A stretch of DNA of 64,000 nt from Carcharhinus longimanus. Taxonomy: Eukaryota. The stretch lies in assembly GCA_030264375.1 (NCBI GenBank), contig JASCQW010000032.1:38575229-38639228 (forward strand), in the 5' to 3' direction. Under the pieces are notes generated by a model that ran no database searches, was not told the origin of the DNA, and was given only the letters and a program-made list of their open reading frames with translations. Made by a program: the position numbers and the translations under genes. The first letter of the stretch is position 1; every line of letters starts with the position of its first letter. Shown here in pieces: positions 27,601-42,600 of this stretch.

Positions 27601-30600
27601 TCTGGGCACCCCCTAAGGATGATGGCGGTGCAGAAATCACTAACTATATTTTAGAAAAGCGAGATAACGTCACCAATAAATGGGTGACAAGCGCATCTGC
27701 TGTACAAAAAACTTCATTCAGAATCACAAGGCTTCATGAAGGAAATGAGTATGCGTTTAGAGTCAGTGCTGAGAATAAATATGGAGTGGGAGAAGGTCTG
27801 AAATCTGACCCTGTGATAGCCAAGCACCCATTTGGTAAGCATCTTTTGCATTCTGCAATTAAACTTTAATTACAGTGCTACATTCAATTTGAAACTGAAT
27901 GTTGTTTCTCTTTTTCCCTTCCTCAAGACGTGCCTGATGCTCCTTTGCCACCAGAGATAGTTGCAGTTAGACATGACTCTGTCTCCCTGACTTGGAAGGA
28001 TCCAAGGAGAACTGGTGGCTCACCAATTACAGGTACAAAATCAAATTTCTCATTTTTGGCCAGTAGTTAAACTTATATAACTGCACTACATTTATTTGAA
28101 ACTACTTTTTTGCACCAGGTTATCACGTTGAATATAAAGAAAGAAACAGCCTCCTTTGGAAGAGAGCAAATAAGGCCGTACTGAAAATGAAGGATCATAG
28201 AGTGCCAGGCTTGACTGAAGGTCTTGAATATGAATTTAGAGTTATGGCAATTAACTTGGCTGGTGTGGGCAAACCTAGTGGACCATCACATCCTGTTATT
28301 ACACTTGATCCAATTGGTACGAGAAATCCATTGCAAAGTTTCTCATTTCTTATTGTTGTGCATTATAAATGACAAAATCAGTGCCTGACATAAAATGCTT
28401 TTCTTTTCAGATCCCCCTGGAAAACCTGAAGTCATTAATGTTACCCGAACATCTGTGANNNNNNNNNNCAAAGATATGGATGAAAGCAAATCATATAAAC
28501 GTTCAAGAATGTGCTTTCACTGTTACTGATCTTACTGAGGGCTGTAAATATGAATTCCGTATAAGGGCAAAGAATGCAGCAGGAGCAATTAGTCCACCAT
28601 CTGAAACTACAGGAACCATTATCTGCCAGGATGAATATGGTGTGTAATTTTCTTTTGTTTAACCACATGATAAAAATAAAAAAGAGAAAAAAAAACACAT
28701 TTAGTAATACTAATTCACTTCTTTCTTTTATACCCACAGTGGCACCAACAATAATAATTGATCCAACTGTCAAAGAAGGCTTAACAGTTAGAGCTGGTGA
28801 TACTATTGTAATTACTGCTACTAGTATTCTTGGCAAACCTCCACCAACATCAGTATGGTCTAAAGGTGGAAAGGACTTCAAAGTCTCTGAGATTGTTCAA
28901 ATTGATCAAACTCCAACTTCCTCAACACTGTCTGTTAAATATGCTACGAGGAAAGATTCTGGTGAATACACAATCACTGCCAGCAATCCATTCGGCACCA
29001 AAGAGGAAAATGTGCGTGTGAAAGTGTTGGATGTCCCCGGTCCTCCAGGACCTATTGAAATAAGCAATGTTTCATCTGAGAAGGTCACACTTAATTGGTT
29101 ACCACCAATAGAAGATGGAGGTTCTCCAGTTAAATCTTACACAATTGAAAAGAGAGAAACTAGTCGCCTTCTCTGGACTTTAGTTGCCGAAGATGTTCCA
29201 ACCTGCAGATATGTTGCAAGCAAACTTATACAGGGAAATGAATATATCTTCCGTGTCTCTGCTGTAAATCAATATGGGACCGGTGATCCGGTGCAGGCAG
29301 AACCAGTTAAGATGGTGGATAGTTTTGGTAATCACAGTCTTTTTTTTAAATACTAATTAAAATAATAATTTAATAATGATTTAAAATGATATTACTTTTG
29401 CACATTGGTCTGATAGAAATATAAACTCAATTTATGCTATCCCTCTTTCAGGTCCTCCTGGCCCACCTACAAAGCCTGAGATTACCAATGTTACCAAAAA
29501 TACAGTTACTATTGGCTGGAAGAGGCCAGCCAATGATGGTGGTAGTGAAATCACAGGATACATTGTGGAACGTAAAGAAAGGAAAGGCCTTAGGTGGATT
29601 AGAGCAACGAAGAAACCCATATCAGATCTCCGACATAAAGTAACAGGACTCAATGAAGGAACTGAATATGAATTCCGTGTCAGTGCAGAAAACAAGGCAG
29701 GCATTGGACCACCAAGTGATCCATCACTACCAGTACTAACAAAAGATGTAACATGTAAGTATTAACATTGCACTACACCTTTCTCATTTTTGTGTTGGGT
29801 ACATTGTCCTGTGAAAATAGACATACTTACTTGTATGTAATTGTATCATTTTCTTCCAATTTATACAGATGTACCTGGACCACCTTCGAACCCAAGAGTG
29901 GTTGATACAACGAAGACTACTGCTAGCTTGACTTGGGGAAAGCCCCACTATGATGGTGGCCTTGATATTATTGGCTATATTGTCGAACACAAGAAAGAAG
30001 GAGATGAGAACTGGGTAAAAGACACAACAGGCACCGCACTCAGAATAACTGAATTTGTTGTCGCTAATCTTCAGTCAGGAGAAAAATACCGCTTCAGAAT
30101 TAGTGCTGTCAATGCAGAAGGAGTTGGTGAGCCTGCACAAGTTGAAGATGTTATTGAAATTAAGGAACGTGAAGCAGCACCTGATTTTGAATTAGATGCT
30201 GAACTGAGAAGAACTCTTGTTGTCAGAGCTGGAGTGACCATTCGCATTTTTGTACCAATCAAGGGACGTCCAACTCCTGATGTCACATGGTTCAAAGGAG
30301 ACATCCCTGTTAAGGGTCGTGCAACTGTAGAAAACACAGATTCATACACATTCCTGCTTATCCCAGATTGCACAAGATATGATGCTGGAAAGTACACAAT
30401 GTGCCTTGAAAATGTTGCTGGTAAAAAGAGTGGCTTTGTAAATGTGAGAGTCTTGGATTCACCAGGTCCACCCATAAATCTCAGAGCCAGAGAAGTAACA
30501 AAAGACAGCGTTACAATACAGTGGGATATGCCAATGATTGATGGTGGCTCACGGATAACCAATTACATTATAGAAAAACGAGAATCAACTCGGAAGGCAT

Positions 30601-33600
30601 ACTCTACTGTCACAACCAATTGCCAGAAATGTTCACTCAGAGTTGTCAATTTGGCAGAAGGATGTGAGTACTTCTTCAGGGTAATGGCAGAAAATGAATA
30701 TGGCATAGGTGAGCCAGCTGAGACTACAGATCCTATAAGAGCATCTGAAGCCCCATCACCTCCAGAACGTCTGCACATTATGGATATAACAAAGCATACT
30801 GTTAGCCTAGCTTGGCCAAAACCAGAACATGATGGTGGTAGCAAGATTACAGGATATGTGCTTGAGGCACAGAAGAAAGATTCTGAAAAATGGGTATCTT
30901 TGGCAACTGTAAAGACACTGGATTATATTGCAAAGAATCTTACTGAAAATGAAGAATACACATTCCGAGTAATGGCAGTAAACGCTGCTGGGAGAAGTGA
31001 TCCACGAGAAAGCAGACCAGTTATTGTTAAGGAACAAACAATGCTTCCAGAATTTGATCTACGTGGCATATACCAGAAACTTGTGATTGCAAAGGCAGGT
31101 GATAATATCAAAGTTGATATCCCTGTCCTTGGTCGACCAAAACCAACAGTCACCTGGAAGAAGGATAACCAGCCTTTGAAGCAGACGCAGAGGATAAATA
31201 TTGAAAATACAGCAAACTCCACCATACTTAACATCATTGAATGCGTACGAAATGACAGTGACAAGTTTACATTAACAGCTAAAAATATACTTGGTGAAGT
31301 AAGTGATGTTATCACAGTTCAGGTTCATGACATTCCTGGACCCCCAAAAGGGCCAATTAAATTTGATGAAGTTTCATCTGATTATGTATTGCTGTCATGG
31401 GAACCTCCAGAAAATGATGGAGGAGTGCCAATAAACAATTACGTTGTAGAAATGCGTGAGACCAACAGTACCACATGGCTAGAACTAGCAGCTACTGTAA
31501 TACGTACAACATTTAAAGCTCCTCACCTTACCACTGGAACTGAATATCAATTCCGAGTTAAGGCTCAAAACAGATATGGTACAGGTCCTGCAATCTCTTC
31601 AGAGGCTGTTGTTGCAGCATATCCATTTAAGGTGCCTGGACCTCCTGGGACTCCACAAGTTATTGCCGTTAGTAAGGATTCAATGACTATCACCTGGAAT
31701 GACCCTGTTTCTGATGGTGGTAGTCCTATTTTTGGATACCACATTGAAAGAAAGGAAAGAAATAGTATACTTTGGCAAACTGTAAGTAAGTCTTTGGTTG
31801 TAGGCACCACCTTTAAATCAGCTGGACTTACTGATGGCATTGCGTACGAATTCCGTGTTGTTGCTGAAAACATGGCTGGTAAAGGTAAACCAAGTAAACC
31901 ATCAGAACCTGTATATGCATTGGACCCGATAGATCCTCCTGGTAAACCAGTTCCACTTAACATTACTAGAAATTCTGTAACACTCACCTGGACAAAACCT
32001 GAATATGATGGAGGCTTTAAGATAACTGGTTACACAGTTGAAAAGAGGGATCTGCCTGATGGTCGCTGGCTTAAGGCAAACTTCAGCAATGTGATCGAGA
32101 CTTTCTTTACTGTTAGTGGTCTTAATGAAGGTGACACATATGAGTTCCGCGTAGTAGCTCGTAATGCTGCTGGCTCAGTAAGCAAACCATCTGAGCCTAC
32201 TGATGCCATTATATGCAAAGATGATATTGAAGAACCTAGAATAATGGTTGATGCTAAGTTCAAGAGCATTTTACTATTGAAAGCTGGTGAAACGTTCAAA
32301 CTTGAAGCAGATGTTAGAGGGCAACCTCCACCAACAATGGTTTGGACTAAAGAAGGCATTGAACTTGAAGAAACAGGGAAACTAGAAGTAAAGATGACAG
32401 ATTTCTCCACTGTTCTAACACACAAAGAGAGCATAAGAAGAGATGGTGGTGCTTACACACTTACTGCATCCAATCCTGGAGGAACAGCGAAGCATGTTTT
32501 TAACGTCAAGATTTTGGATAGACCTGGGCCTCCTGAAGGACCAATAGTAATTTCAGATGTCACAGCAGAAAAATGTGTGATATCATGGTTGCCTCCACCA
32601 GATGATGGCGGTGCCAAGATTGAACACTATGTCGTTGAAAAACGTGAAACCAGTCGGCTTGCATGGACTAATGTGGCCACAGATGTCCAAATAACCAAAT
32701 TAAAGATACCCAAACTTCTGAAAGGAAATGAATACATTTTCCGTGTAATGGCAGTAAACAAATACGGAGTTGGTGAACCTTTAGAATCAGATCCCGTTGT
32801 TGCTGCTAATCCATTTGTACCACCTAGCCCACCAAAGAATCCTGAAGTTACAGCAATCACAAAAGATTCAATGGTGGTTTGTTGGGGACATCCTGATTCT
32901 GATGGTGGAAGTGAAATTACTAACTACATTATTGAGAGGCGTGACAAGACAGGAATGCGCTGGGTTAAATGCAATAAAAGAACTGTAACTGATCTACGAT
33001 ACAAAGTTGGTAAGCTCACAGAAGGACATGAATATGAATACAGAATCATGGCTGAAAATGCTGCTGGTGTAAGTCAACCCAGCTCTTCCAGCCCATTATA
33101 CAAAGCACTTGACACTGTATTCAAACCTGGACCACCAGGTAACCCAAGAGTGCTAGATACCAGCAGATCTTCAATCACTATTGCATGGAATAAACCTATC
33201 TATGATGGTGGTTCAGAAATTACAGGTTACTTGGTTGAAACAAGTCTCCCTGAAGAAGATGAATGGACAGTTGTAACACCACAGAGTGGACTTAAGGCGA
33301 CTTCATTCACAATCACTAATCTGAAAGAAAACCAAGAGTACAAAGTTCGCATATATGCTGTAAATTCTGAAGGCATTGGAGAGCCTGCACAAATTCCTGG
33401 AACTGCTAAAGCTGAAGAAAGGTTATTGCCTCCCGAAATTGAGCTTGATGCAGACTTGCGTAAAGTGGTAACTATAAGAGCTTGCTGTACCTTGAGATTA
33501 TTTGTTACAATTAGAGGAAGACCAACGCCTGAGATTAAATGGGCAAAGGAAGATGGGGAGCCCCTAGATAGAGCTTCAATTGAAAATACAAGCTCATATT

Positions 33601-36600
33601 CCCTCTTAATCATTTCAAATGTAAATAGATTTGATAGTGGCAAATATGTCTTAACAGTAGAAAATAGTGGCGGTAGCAAATCTGCTTTTGTCAGTGTTAG
33701 AGTTCTGGATACTCCAGGAGCACCACAGAACCTTAAAATTAAGGAAGTTTCCAAAGACTCTGTTACAATTAATTGGGAGCCTCCAATCATTGATGGTGGT
33801 TCAAAGATTAAGAATTACATCGTGGAGAAAAGAGAATCAACACGGAAAGCTTACTCTACAGTGATTGCCAATTGTCATAAGACAAGCTGGAAGGTGGATC
33901 ACTTGCAAGAAGGCTGCAACTATTATTTCCGTGTTTTAGCTGAAAATGAATATGGAATAGGTCTTCCTGTTGAGACACCTGATTCAGTTAAAGTATCAGA
34001 GAGGCCACTACCACCTGGCAAAGTAACTCTTGTAGATGTGACAAGAAACAGTGCAGTTTTGTCATGGGAGAAACCAGAGCACGATGGAGGCAGTAGAATT
34101 TTAGGTTATATCGTGGAAATGCAAAGTAAGGGCAGTGAAAAGTGGACAACGTGTACTACAGTGAAAATAACTGAAGCCACCATAACAGGATTGACACAAG
34201 GTGAAGAGTATATGTTCCGAGTGTCAGCACAAAATGAAAAAGGTGTCAGTGATCCCCGACAACTGGGCGTTCCTGTTATTGCAAAGGACCTTGTGATTGT
34301 TCCTACTTTAAAGCTTCTGTTTACCACATTCAGTGTACTAGCAGGAGAAGACCTAAAAGTTGATGTACCATTTATTGCATGCCCTAAACCAACTATATCT
34401 TGGATGAAAGATGGTCAGCCATTAAAACAAACGACAAGGATTAATGCTGAGAGCAAAGACAGTAAAGCAGTTTTGGTGATTAAGGAGGCCTGTCGTGAAG
34501 ATGTTGGCCAGTATAATGTAAAACTTACAAATACTGCTGGGGAAGTATCTGAAAATCTTAGCATTGTTGTGTTAGACAAGCCTGGGCCTCCAACTGGACC
34601 AATCAAAATTGAAGAGGTTACTGCAGACAATATTGTCATATCATGGCAACCACCAGAATATGATGGGGGCTGTCAAATCAATAATTACATCGTTGAGAAA
34701 AGAGATACTTCAACCACTGCTTGGCAGATTGTTTCTGCTACTGTTGCCCGAACAACTATCAAAGCTGTACGTTTAAAGACTGGTACCGAATATCAATTCA
34801 GGATTGCAGCTGAGAATCGATATGGAAAGAGCAGTTATCTTGTTTCTGAATCAGTTGTGGCACAATACCCTTACAAGGCCCCTGGTCCACCTGGTACCCC
34901 TTTCATAACAAGTGTTACAAAGGATAGCATGGTGGTGCAATGGAATGAACCTGTCAATGATGGTGGCAGTAGGATCCTGGGTTACCATCTTGAACGTAAA
35001 GAAAGAAACAGCATTTTGTGGGTCAAGCTGAACAAGACAATTATTACTGACACAAAATTAAAGACCACGAATCTTGAGGAGGGCATTGAATATGAATATA
35101 GAGTATATGCTGAGAATATTGTTGGCATTGGCAAACCTAGCCAAGTATCTGAATGTGTAGCGGCTAGAGATCCTTGTGATCCACCAGGTCGTCCTGAAGC
35201 TATAATCGTCACTAGAAATTCAGTGACACTGCAGTGGACCAAGCCTGAATATGATGGAGGCAGCAAAATCACTGGCTACATTGTCGAAAAGAAAGAACTC
35301 CCTGATGGCCGTTGGATGAAAGCCAGTTTTACTAATGTCATTGATACTCAGTTTGCTGTCACTGGCTTGGTAGAAGACCAGAGATACGAATTCAGGGTAA
35401 TTGCTAGAAATGCAGCTGGTGTATTCAGTGAACCATCTGAATCCACTGGTCCAATTACTGTTAGAGATGAGGTAGAACCACCTCGAATAAGCATGGATCC
35501 GCAATATAAGGAAGGTATTGTAGTACATGCAGGTGAATTATTTAAACTTGAAGCTGATGTTCATGGAAAACCAATACCTGAAATCCAGTGGATGAAAGGA
35601 GACCGAGAACTTGAAAACACAGCTAGGCTTGAAATGAAAAATACGGATTTTAACACAATTTTGACTGTCAAGGAAACAATTCGTGTCGATAGTGGCCACT
35701 ATACCCTTTTGGTAAAGAATGTAGCTGGTCAAAAGTCTGTTACTGTTAATGTGAAGGTACTAGACAGACCAGGACCACCTGAAGCACCAATTGTTATAAC
35801 TGGGGTAGGTGCTGAAAAATGTACATTAACTTGGAAGCCACCAAAACAAGATGGCGGTAGTGATGTTTCACATTACATTGTTGAAAGAAGAGAAACTAGT
35901 CGTTTGGTCTGGACACTAGTTGAGTCCAATGTGCAGACGACAAGTTGCAAAGTTACCAAGCTTCTGGAAGGAAATGAGTATATCTTCCGTGTTATGGGTG
36001 TGAACAAATATGGTGTAGGCGAGGCACTTGAATCTGATCCAGTAATAGCAAAGAATCCATTTGTACGCCCAGATCCACCAAAGGCACCTGAGGTCACTAC
36101 TATCACAAAGGATTCCATGATAGTTGTATGGGGAAGACCTGCATCTGATGGTGGCAGTGAAATTCAGGGTTACATTTTGGAAAAACGAGACAAGGAAGGT
36201 ATCAGGTGGACAAGGTGTAACAAACGCCTAGTCAGTGAATTACGTTTCAGGGTAACTGGACTTATAGAAAACCATAATTATGAATTCAGGGTATCTGCTG
36301 AAAATGCTGCTGGTATCAGTGAACCAAGTCCATGCTCCATTTTCTACCAGGCAAATGACCCCATCTACAAACCTGGACCACCCAACAATCCTAAAGTAAC
36401 TGATTTTACAAGATCATCTGTCTTCCTTTCATGGGGTAAACCCATTTATGATGGCGGATGTGAAATCCAAGGATATCTTGTGGAGATGTGTGATATAAGT
36501 ACCGACGAATGGACAATGTGCACAACAGCAAGTGGCATCAAGCAGACCCGATTTGAAGTGGATAAATTACAGGAAAAGCATGAATACAAGTTCCGTGTCT

Positions 36601-39600
36601 GTGCTGTTAATAAGGCAGGAGTTGGTGAACATGCTGACTTCCCTGACACTGTCCTTTTGGAGGATAAGTTAGAAGCTCCAGATCTTGATCTTGATGCTGA
36701 TTTGAGGAAGGTTATTAATGTCAGAGCTAGTTGCTCTTTGAGATTATTTGTCCCTATCAGAGGCCGTCCTACGCCAGAAGTGAAATGGACCAAGGCAGAT
36801 GGTGAAATAAGAGACACTGCACAGATTGAAGTTTCCGACAGTTATACATTGCTTGTAATTGATAATGTTAATAGATATGACTCAGGCAAATACATATTAA
36901 CTTTGGAAAACAGTAGCGGAACAAAATCTGCATTTGTTACTGTGAGAGTCCTTGACACCCCAAGCCCACCAGTTAATCTCAAAGTAAGGGAAGTAACAAA
37001 GGATCATGTCACCTTATCCTGGGAATATCCTCTGTTGGATGGAGGTGCTAAAATTAAGAATTTCATTGTAGAAAAACGAGAATCTACAAGGAAAGCCTAC
37101 TCAGCTGTTATCACAAACTGCCACAAGACCTCATTTAAGGTAGAACAACTTCAAGAAGGTTGCAATTATTATTTTAGGGTAACTGCTGAAAATGAGCATG
37201 GAATTGGATTACCTGCAGAAACTGCTGACCCAATTAAAGTATCTGAGGTGCCACAGCCTCCAGGAAAGATAAGCGTGGTTGATGTGACAAGAAAGACGGT
37301 TTCCCTTACCTGGGAGAAACCAGAACATGATGGTGGTAGCAAAATCATCCAGTATATTGTAGAAATGCAAAGTAAAGGCAGTGAAAAATGGTTGGCATGT
37401 GCACATGTGAAAACACTTGAGGCAGTAATCAATAACCTGGTACAAGGAGAGGAATATCTGTTTAGAGTCATGGCAGTGAATGAAAAGGGCAAGAGTGACC
37501 CAAGAGCCCTTGCTGTGCCTGTGATTGCTAAAGATCTTGTGATTGAACCAGATGTCAGACCAGCATTTAGTAGTTATAGTGTACAGGTAGGACACGACTT
37601 AAAAATAGACATTCCTGTAGCTGGACGTCCTAAACCAAATATTACTTGGACAAAGGATGGACAGCCACTCAAGCAGACAACTCGAGTCAATGTTACTGAT
37701 TCCGACAATGCTACAGTCCTAACCATCAAGGAAGCAGTTAGAGATGATAATGGATTGTATGGTATCACTGTGAGTAATGCTTTTGGACAAAAGACAGCAA
37801 CTATTGAAATAATAGCACTTGATAAGCCTGGTCCACCAATTGGCCCAGTAAAATTTGATGCAGTTAGTGCTGAAAGTATCACAATTTCATGGGATCCACC
37901 AAGCTTTACCGGTGGCTGTCAGATAACTAACTACGCAGTTGAGAAGAGAGATACAACTACTGTAAATTGGGAGATTGTTTCAGCTACAGTTGCCAGAACA
38001 AGTCTGAAGATAACCAAACTTAAAACTGGAACAGAATATCAGTTTAGGATATTTGCCGAAAATAGATATGGTAGAAGCTTCGCTCTGGATTCTGTAGCAA
38101 TTATCGCACAGTATCCATTTAAAGAACCTGGCCCACCAGGTACACCATTTGTAGCAGCTGTTAGTAAGGACAGCATGGAAGTGCAGTGGCATGAACCAAT
38201 TAATGATGGAGGTAGCAGAGTCTTGGGATACCATCTTGAGCGCAAAGAAAGAAACAGCATTCTTTGGACAAAAATCAATAGAACTATTATACCGGATACC
38301 AGATTTAAGACGTCAGGACTTGAAGAAGGCATCGAATATGAATTCAAAGTGTATGCTGAAAATATCGTTGGTATTGGAAAACCCAGCAAAGTGTCTGAAT
38401 GCTATTTTGCTCGTGATCCATGTGACCCTCCAGGTTGTCCAGAACCCATTATCGTATCCAGGAACGCAATAACGCTTCAGTGGACAAAGCCGGAATATGA
38501 TGGTGGCAGTGTTGTAACTGGATATATAGTAGAGAAGCGTGACTTACCTGAGGGTCGTTGGATGAAGGCAAGCTTTACAAATGTCATTGAGACTCAATTC
38601 ACTGTAACTGGCCTCACTGAAGATGAAAAGTATGACTTCAGGGTTATTGCTAAGAATGCTGCAGGTACAATTAGCAAACCATCTGACAACACTGGACCAA
38701 TCATTGCAAAGGATGAAGTTGAACCACCTAGAATAGCTATGGATCCAAAATACAGAGACACAATAGTGGTTAATGCTGGTGATACATTTAAGTTAGATGC
38801 TGACGTCCATGGCAAACCACTACCCATTATCCAGTGGTTCAAAGGTGATANNNNNNNNNNCAGCAAGACTTGAGATTAAAAATACAGATTTCAAAGCTTT
38901 GATCCTGGTTAAGGATGCGATTAGAGTGGATGGTGGACAGTATGTTCTTCAAGCTTCTAATGTGGCTGGTACAAAATCTGTTCCTATCAATGTAAAAGTC
39001 TTGGACAGATCAGGACCTCCAGAAGGTCCAGTCCAAGTTACTGGTGTCACTGCTGAAAAATGTTCATTATCTTGGGGCCCACCACAACACGATGGAGGAA
39101 GTGCTATTTCGCACTATATAATTGAGAAAAGAGAAACTAGTCGCCTTGCTTGGACTGTTGTGGTCGCAGAATGTCAAGCTACTATGCATAAAGTTACCAA
39201 GCTTCTAGAAGGTAATGAATATATCTTCCGCATAATGGCTGTCAACAAGTTTGGTGTTGGTGAACCTTTGGAATCGGCACCAGTACTAATGAAGAGTCCA
39301 TTTGTACCTCCTGGTGCACCAAAATCCTTGGAAGTAACCAATATTGCAAAAGACTCAATGACTATCTGCTGGAATAGACCAGATACTGATGGTGGTAGTG
39401 AAATTATAGGTTATATTGTAGAGAAGAGGGACAGGACTGGAATCAGATGGACAAAATGCAACAAGCATAGAATAACAGATTTGCGCTTCAGAATCACAGG
39501 ACTCTCAGAAGACCATGAATATGAATTTAGGTTATCTGCTGAAAATGCTGCTGGGATTGGTGCACCAAGTCAACCAACAAATTTCTATAAAGCATGTGAC

Positions 39601-42600
39601 CCAGTTTACAAACCTGGGCCACCAGCAAACCCACACATTGTAGACACTACAAAAAATTCTGTTGTGCTAATTTGGGGAAAACCAATTTATGATGGTGGCA
39701 GTGACATTCAAGGATACATAGTCGAAATCCGCAAAGCAGATGAGGAAGACTGGACAATGTGCACACCACCAACTGGACTACAAGTCACCCGCTTTGAAAT
39801 TGAGAAACTTACTGAGCATCAGGAATACAATGTTCGTGTTTGTGCTATCAACAAGGTTGGAGTTGGTGAGCCAGCAACAGTAGCTGATATAGTTAAGCCA
39901 GAAGATAAACATGAAGCACCTGAAATAGAACTTGCAGCAGAGTTAAGAAAGGGAATCACAGTTAGAGCTGGCAATACTATCAGAATCTTTACACCATTTA
40001 AAGGTAGGCCAGCTCCTGAGATCAGTTGGTCAAAGGACGAGGGAGAACTATCTGATAAGTCTCAAGTAGAAAAGGGCCTAAATTATACTCAGGTAACAGT
40101 AGACAACTGTGATAGAAATGATGCGGGGAAATATATTCTCACGTTGGTGAACAGCAGCGGTACTAAGTCCGCATTTGTTACAGTAAAAGTTTTTGACACA
40201 CCTGGCGCTCCACAAAATTTAACTGTAAAGGATATAAGGAAAGATTCAGTTACACTAGTGTGGGAACCACCCATTATTGATGGAGGAGCAAAGATTAAAA
40301 ACTATGTTATTGACAAGCGTGAATCAACCAGAAAAGCTTATGCTAATATAACTGCTAAGTGTAACAAGTGCAGTTTCAAAGCAGAGAATCTTACTGAAGG
40401 AGCTATTTATTATTTCCGTGTGATGGCAGAGAATGAGTTTGGTATTGGTGTACCTGTTGAGACTATGGATGCTGTGAAAGCTTCTGAACCACCTTTACCA
40501 CCAGGGAAAATCTCTCTTGTTGATGTCACCCAAAAGAGTGTATCTCTAATTTGGGAGAAGCCTGAACATGATGGAGGTAGCAGAATAATGGGATACTTGG
40601 TAGAAATGCAGCCTAAAGGATCTGACAAATGGGGTGTCATTACCCAGTCCAAGACATGCGATGCAGTAGTTTCTGGTCTCAGTTCAGGACAGGAGTATCT
40701 CTTCCGTGTAATTGCTTTCAATGAGAAAGGAAAAAGTGATCCGAGACCCTTGGCTGTACCAGTGATAGCTAAAGATCAAAGTATTGCACCTGCTTTCAGA
40801 CTCATGTTCAACACATTTAGTGTCCAGGCTGGGGAGAACCTAAAGATTGAAGTTCCATTTATTGGCTGTCCCAAACCTAACATTGTGTGGACGAAGGATG
40901 GGCATTCACTAAAACAGACAACAAGAATCCATGTGGAGGATGCAGCAACAACAACAACCCTCCTTATTAAAGAAAGTCATAGAGATGATCATGGAAAGTA
41001 TTCCATAAGTGCCACAAACAATGCTGGGACTGTAACAGAAGACATTGGCATCATCGTGCTCGATAAGCCAGGTCCTCCAGTTGGACCAGTACAATTTGAC
41101 GAAGTTAGTGCTAATTTTGTTGTAATGTCATGGAATCCACCGGAATATACTGGAGGTTGTCAAATTAACAACTATATTGTTGAAAAGCGAGACACAACTA
41201 CCACCAATTGGCAGCTGGTGTCAGCAACTGTGGCAAGAACAACTATTAAAGTTACCAAACTTACCACAGGATCTGAGTATCAGTTCAAAATCTTTGCTGA
41301 AAATAGATATGGAAAGAGTTCGTCTTTAGATTCTGTAGCAGTCATTGCACAGTACCCATACAAACAACCCGGTCCACCAGGCACTCCATTTGTGCCAGCT
41401 GCCACAAAGGACACCATGCTTGTACAATGGAATGAGCCAGTGATTGATGGTGGAAGTAAAATTTTGGGTTACCATCTTGAACGCAAAGAAAGGAACAGCA
41501 TTCTTTGGACAAAACTGAACAAAACAATCATACAAGATACCCATTACAAGTGCAACAACCTAGAAGAAGGTATTGAATATGAGTTCAGAGTTTATGCAGA
41601 GAATATTGTTGGTACAGGTAAATCTAGCAAGGTTTCTGAATGTTATGTAGCCCGTGATCCTTGTGATCCTCCTGGCCGTCCTGATGCTGTTGTCATCACA
41701 AGAAATTATGTTACCCTACAGTGGAAGAAGCCTCAGTATGATGGTGGTAGCAAAATTACTGGATATGTGGTAGAAAAGAAAGAACTCCCTGATGGTCGCT
41801 GGATGAAAGCTAGTTTTACTAACGTAATTGACACTGAATTTACTGTTAGTGGATTAACTGAAGATGCAAAATATGAATTTAGAGCAATTGCAAGAAATGC
41901 AGCTGGTATTTTCAGTGAACCATCTGAAAGCACTGGACCAATTACAGCAAGAGATGAAATTGAAGCTCCAACAGCTTCAATGGACCCTAAGTACAAAGAT
42001 GTCATCGTTGTTAATGCAGGGGACACGTTTGCACTTGAGGCTGATATTCATGGTAAACCTGTACCGGATGTAACATGGATCAAAGATGGCAAAGATGTTG
42101 AAGCAAATGTTGCTAGAATGGAAACTAAAACTACCATTCAGAAAACTAGTCTGACTGTCAAGGACTGTATTCGAATTGATGGTGGACACTATGTACTTCA
42201 ACTGAGTAATGTAGGTGGAACAAAATCTATTCCAATAACTGTTAAGGTCCTTGACAGGCCTGGTCCTCCTGATGGTTTGACAGTTTCAGGTGTAACTGCG
42301 GAAAAATGCTACTTGGCTTGGAATCCTCCTTCTCAGGATGGTGGTGCCAATATTTCTCACTACATAATAGAAAAGAGAGAAACCTCCCGACTTTCATGGA
42401 CACAAGTAGCAATTGATGTACAAGCTATCAGTCACAAAGTAACTAAACTCCTTTCAGGTAACGAGTATATATTCCGTGTCATGGCAGTAAACAAATATGG
42501 AATTGGTGAACCACTGGAATCTGACCCAGTGTTGGCTAAAAACCCATACCATACACCAAGTGCACCAACGGTGCCTGAGGTTACAGCTATTACCAAAGAT

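Noticed and set aside
38797-38873. Apparent frameshift, or two separate giant genes of 3010 and 2735 aa
   Set aside because: The break coincides with a 10-N placeholder; a 15-nt fill restores both frame and periodicity
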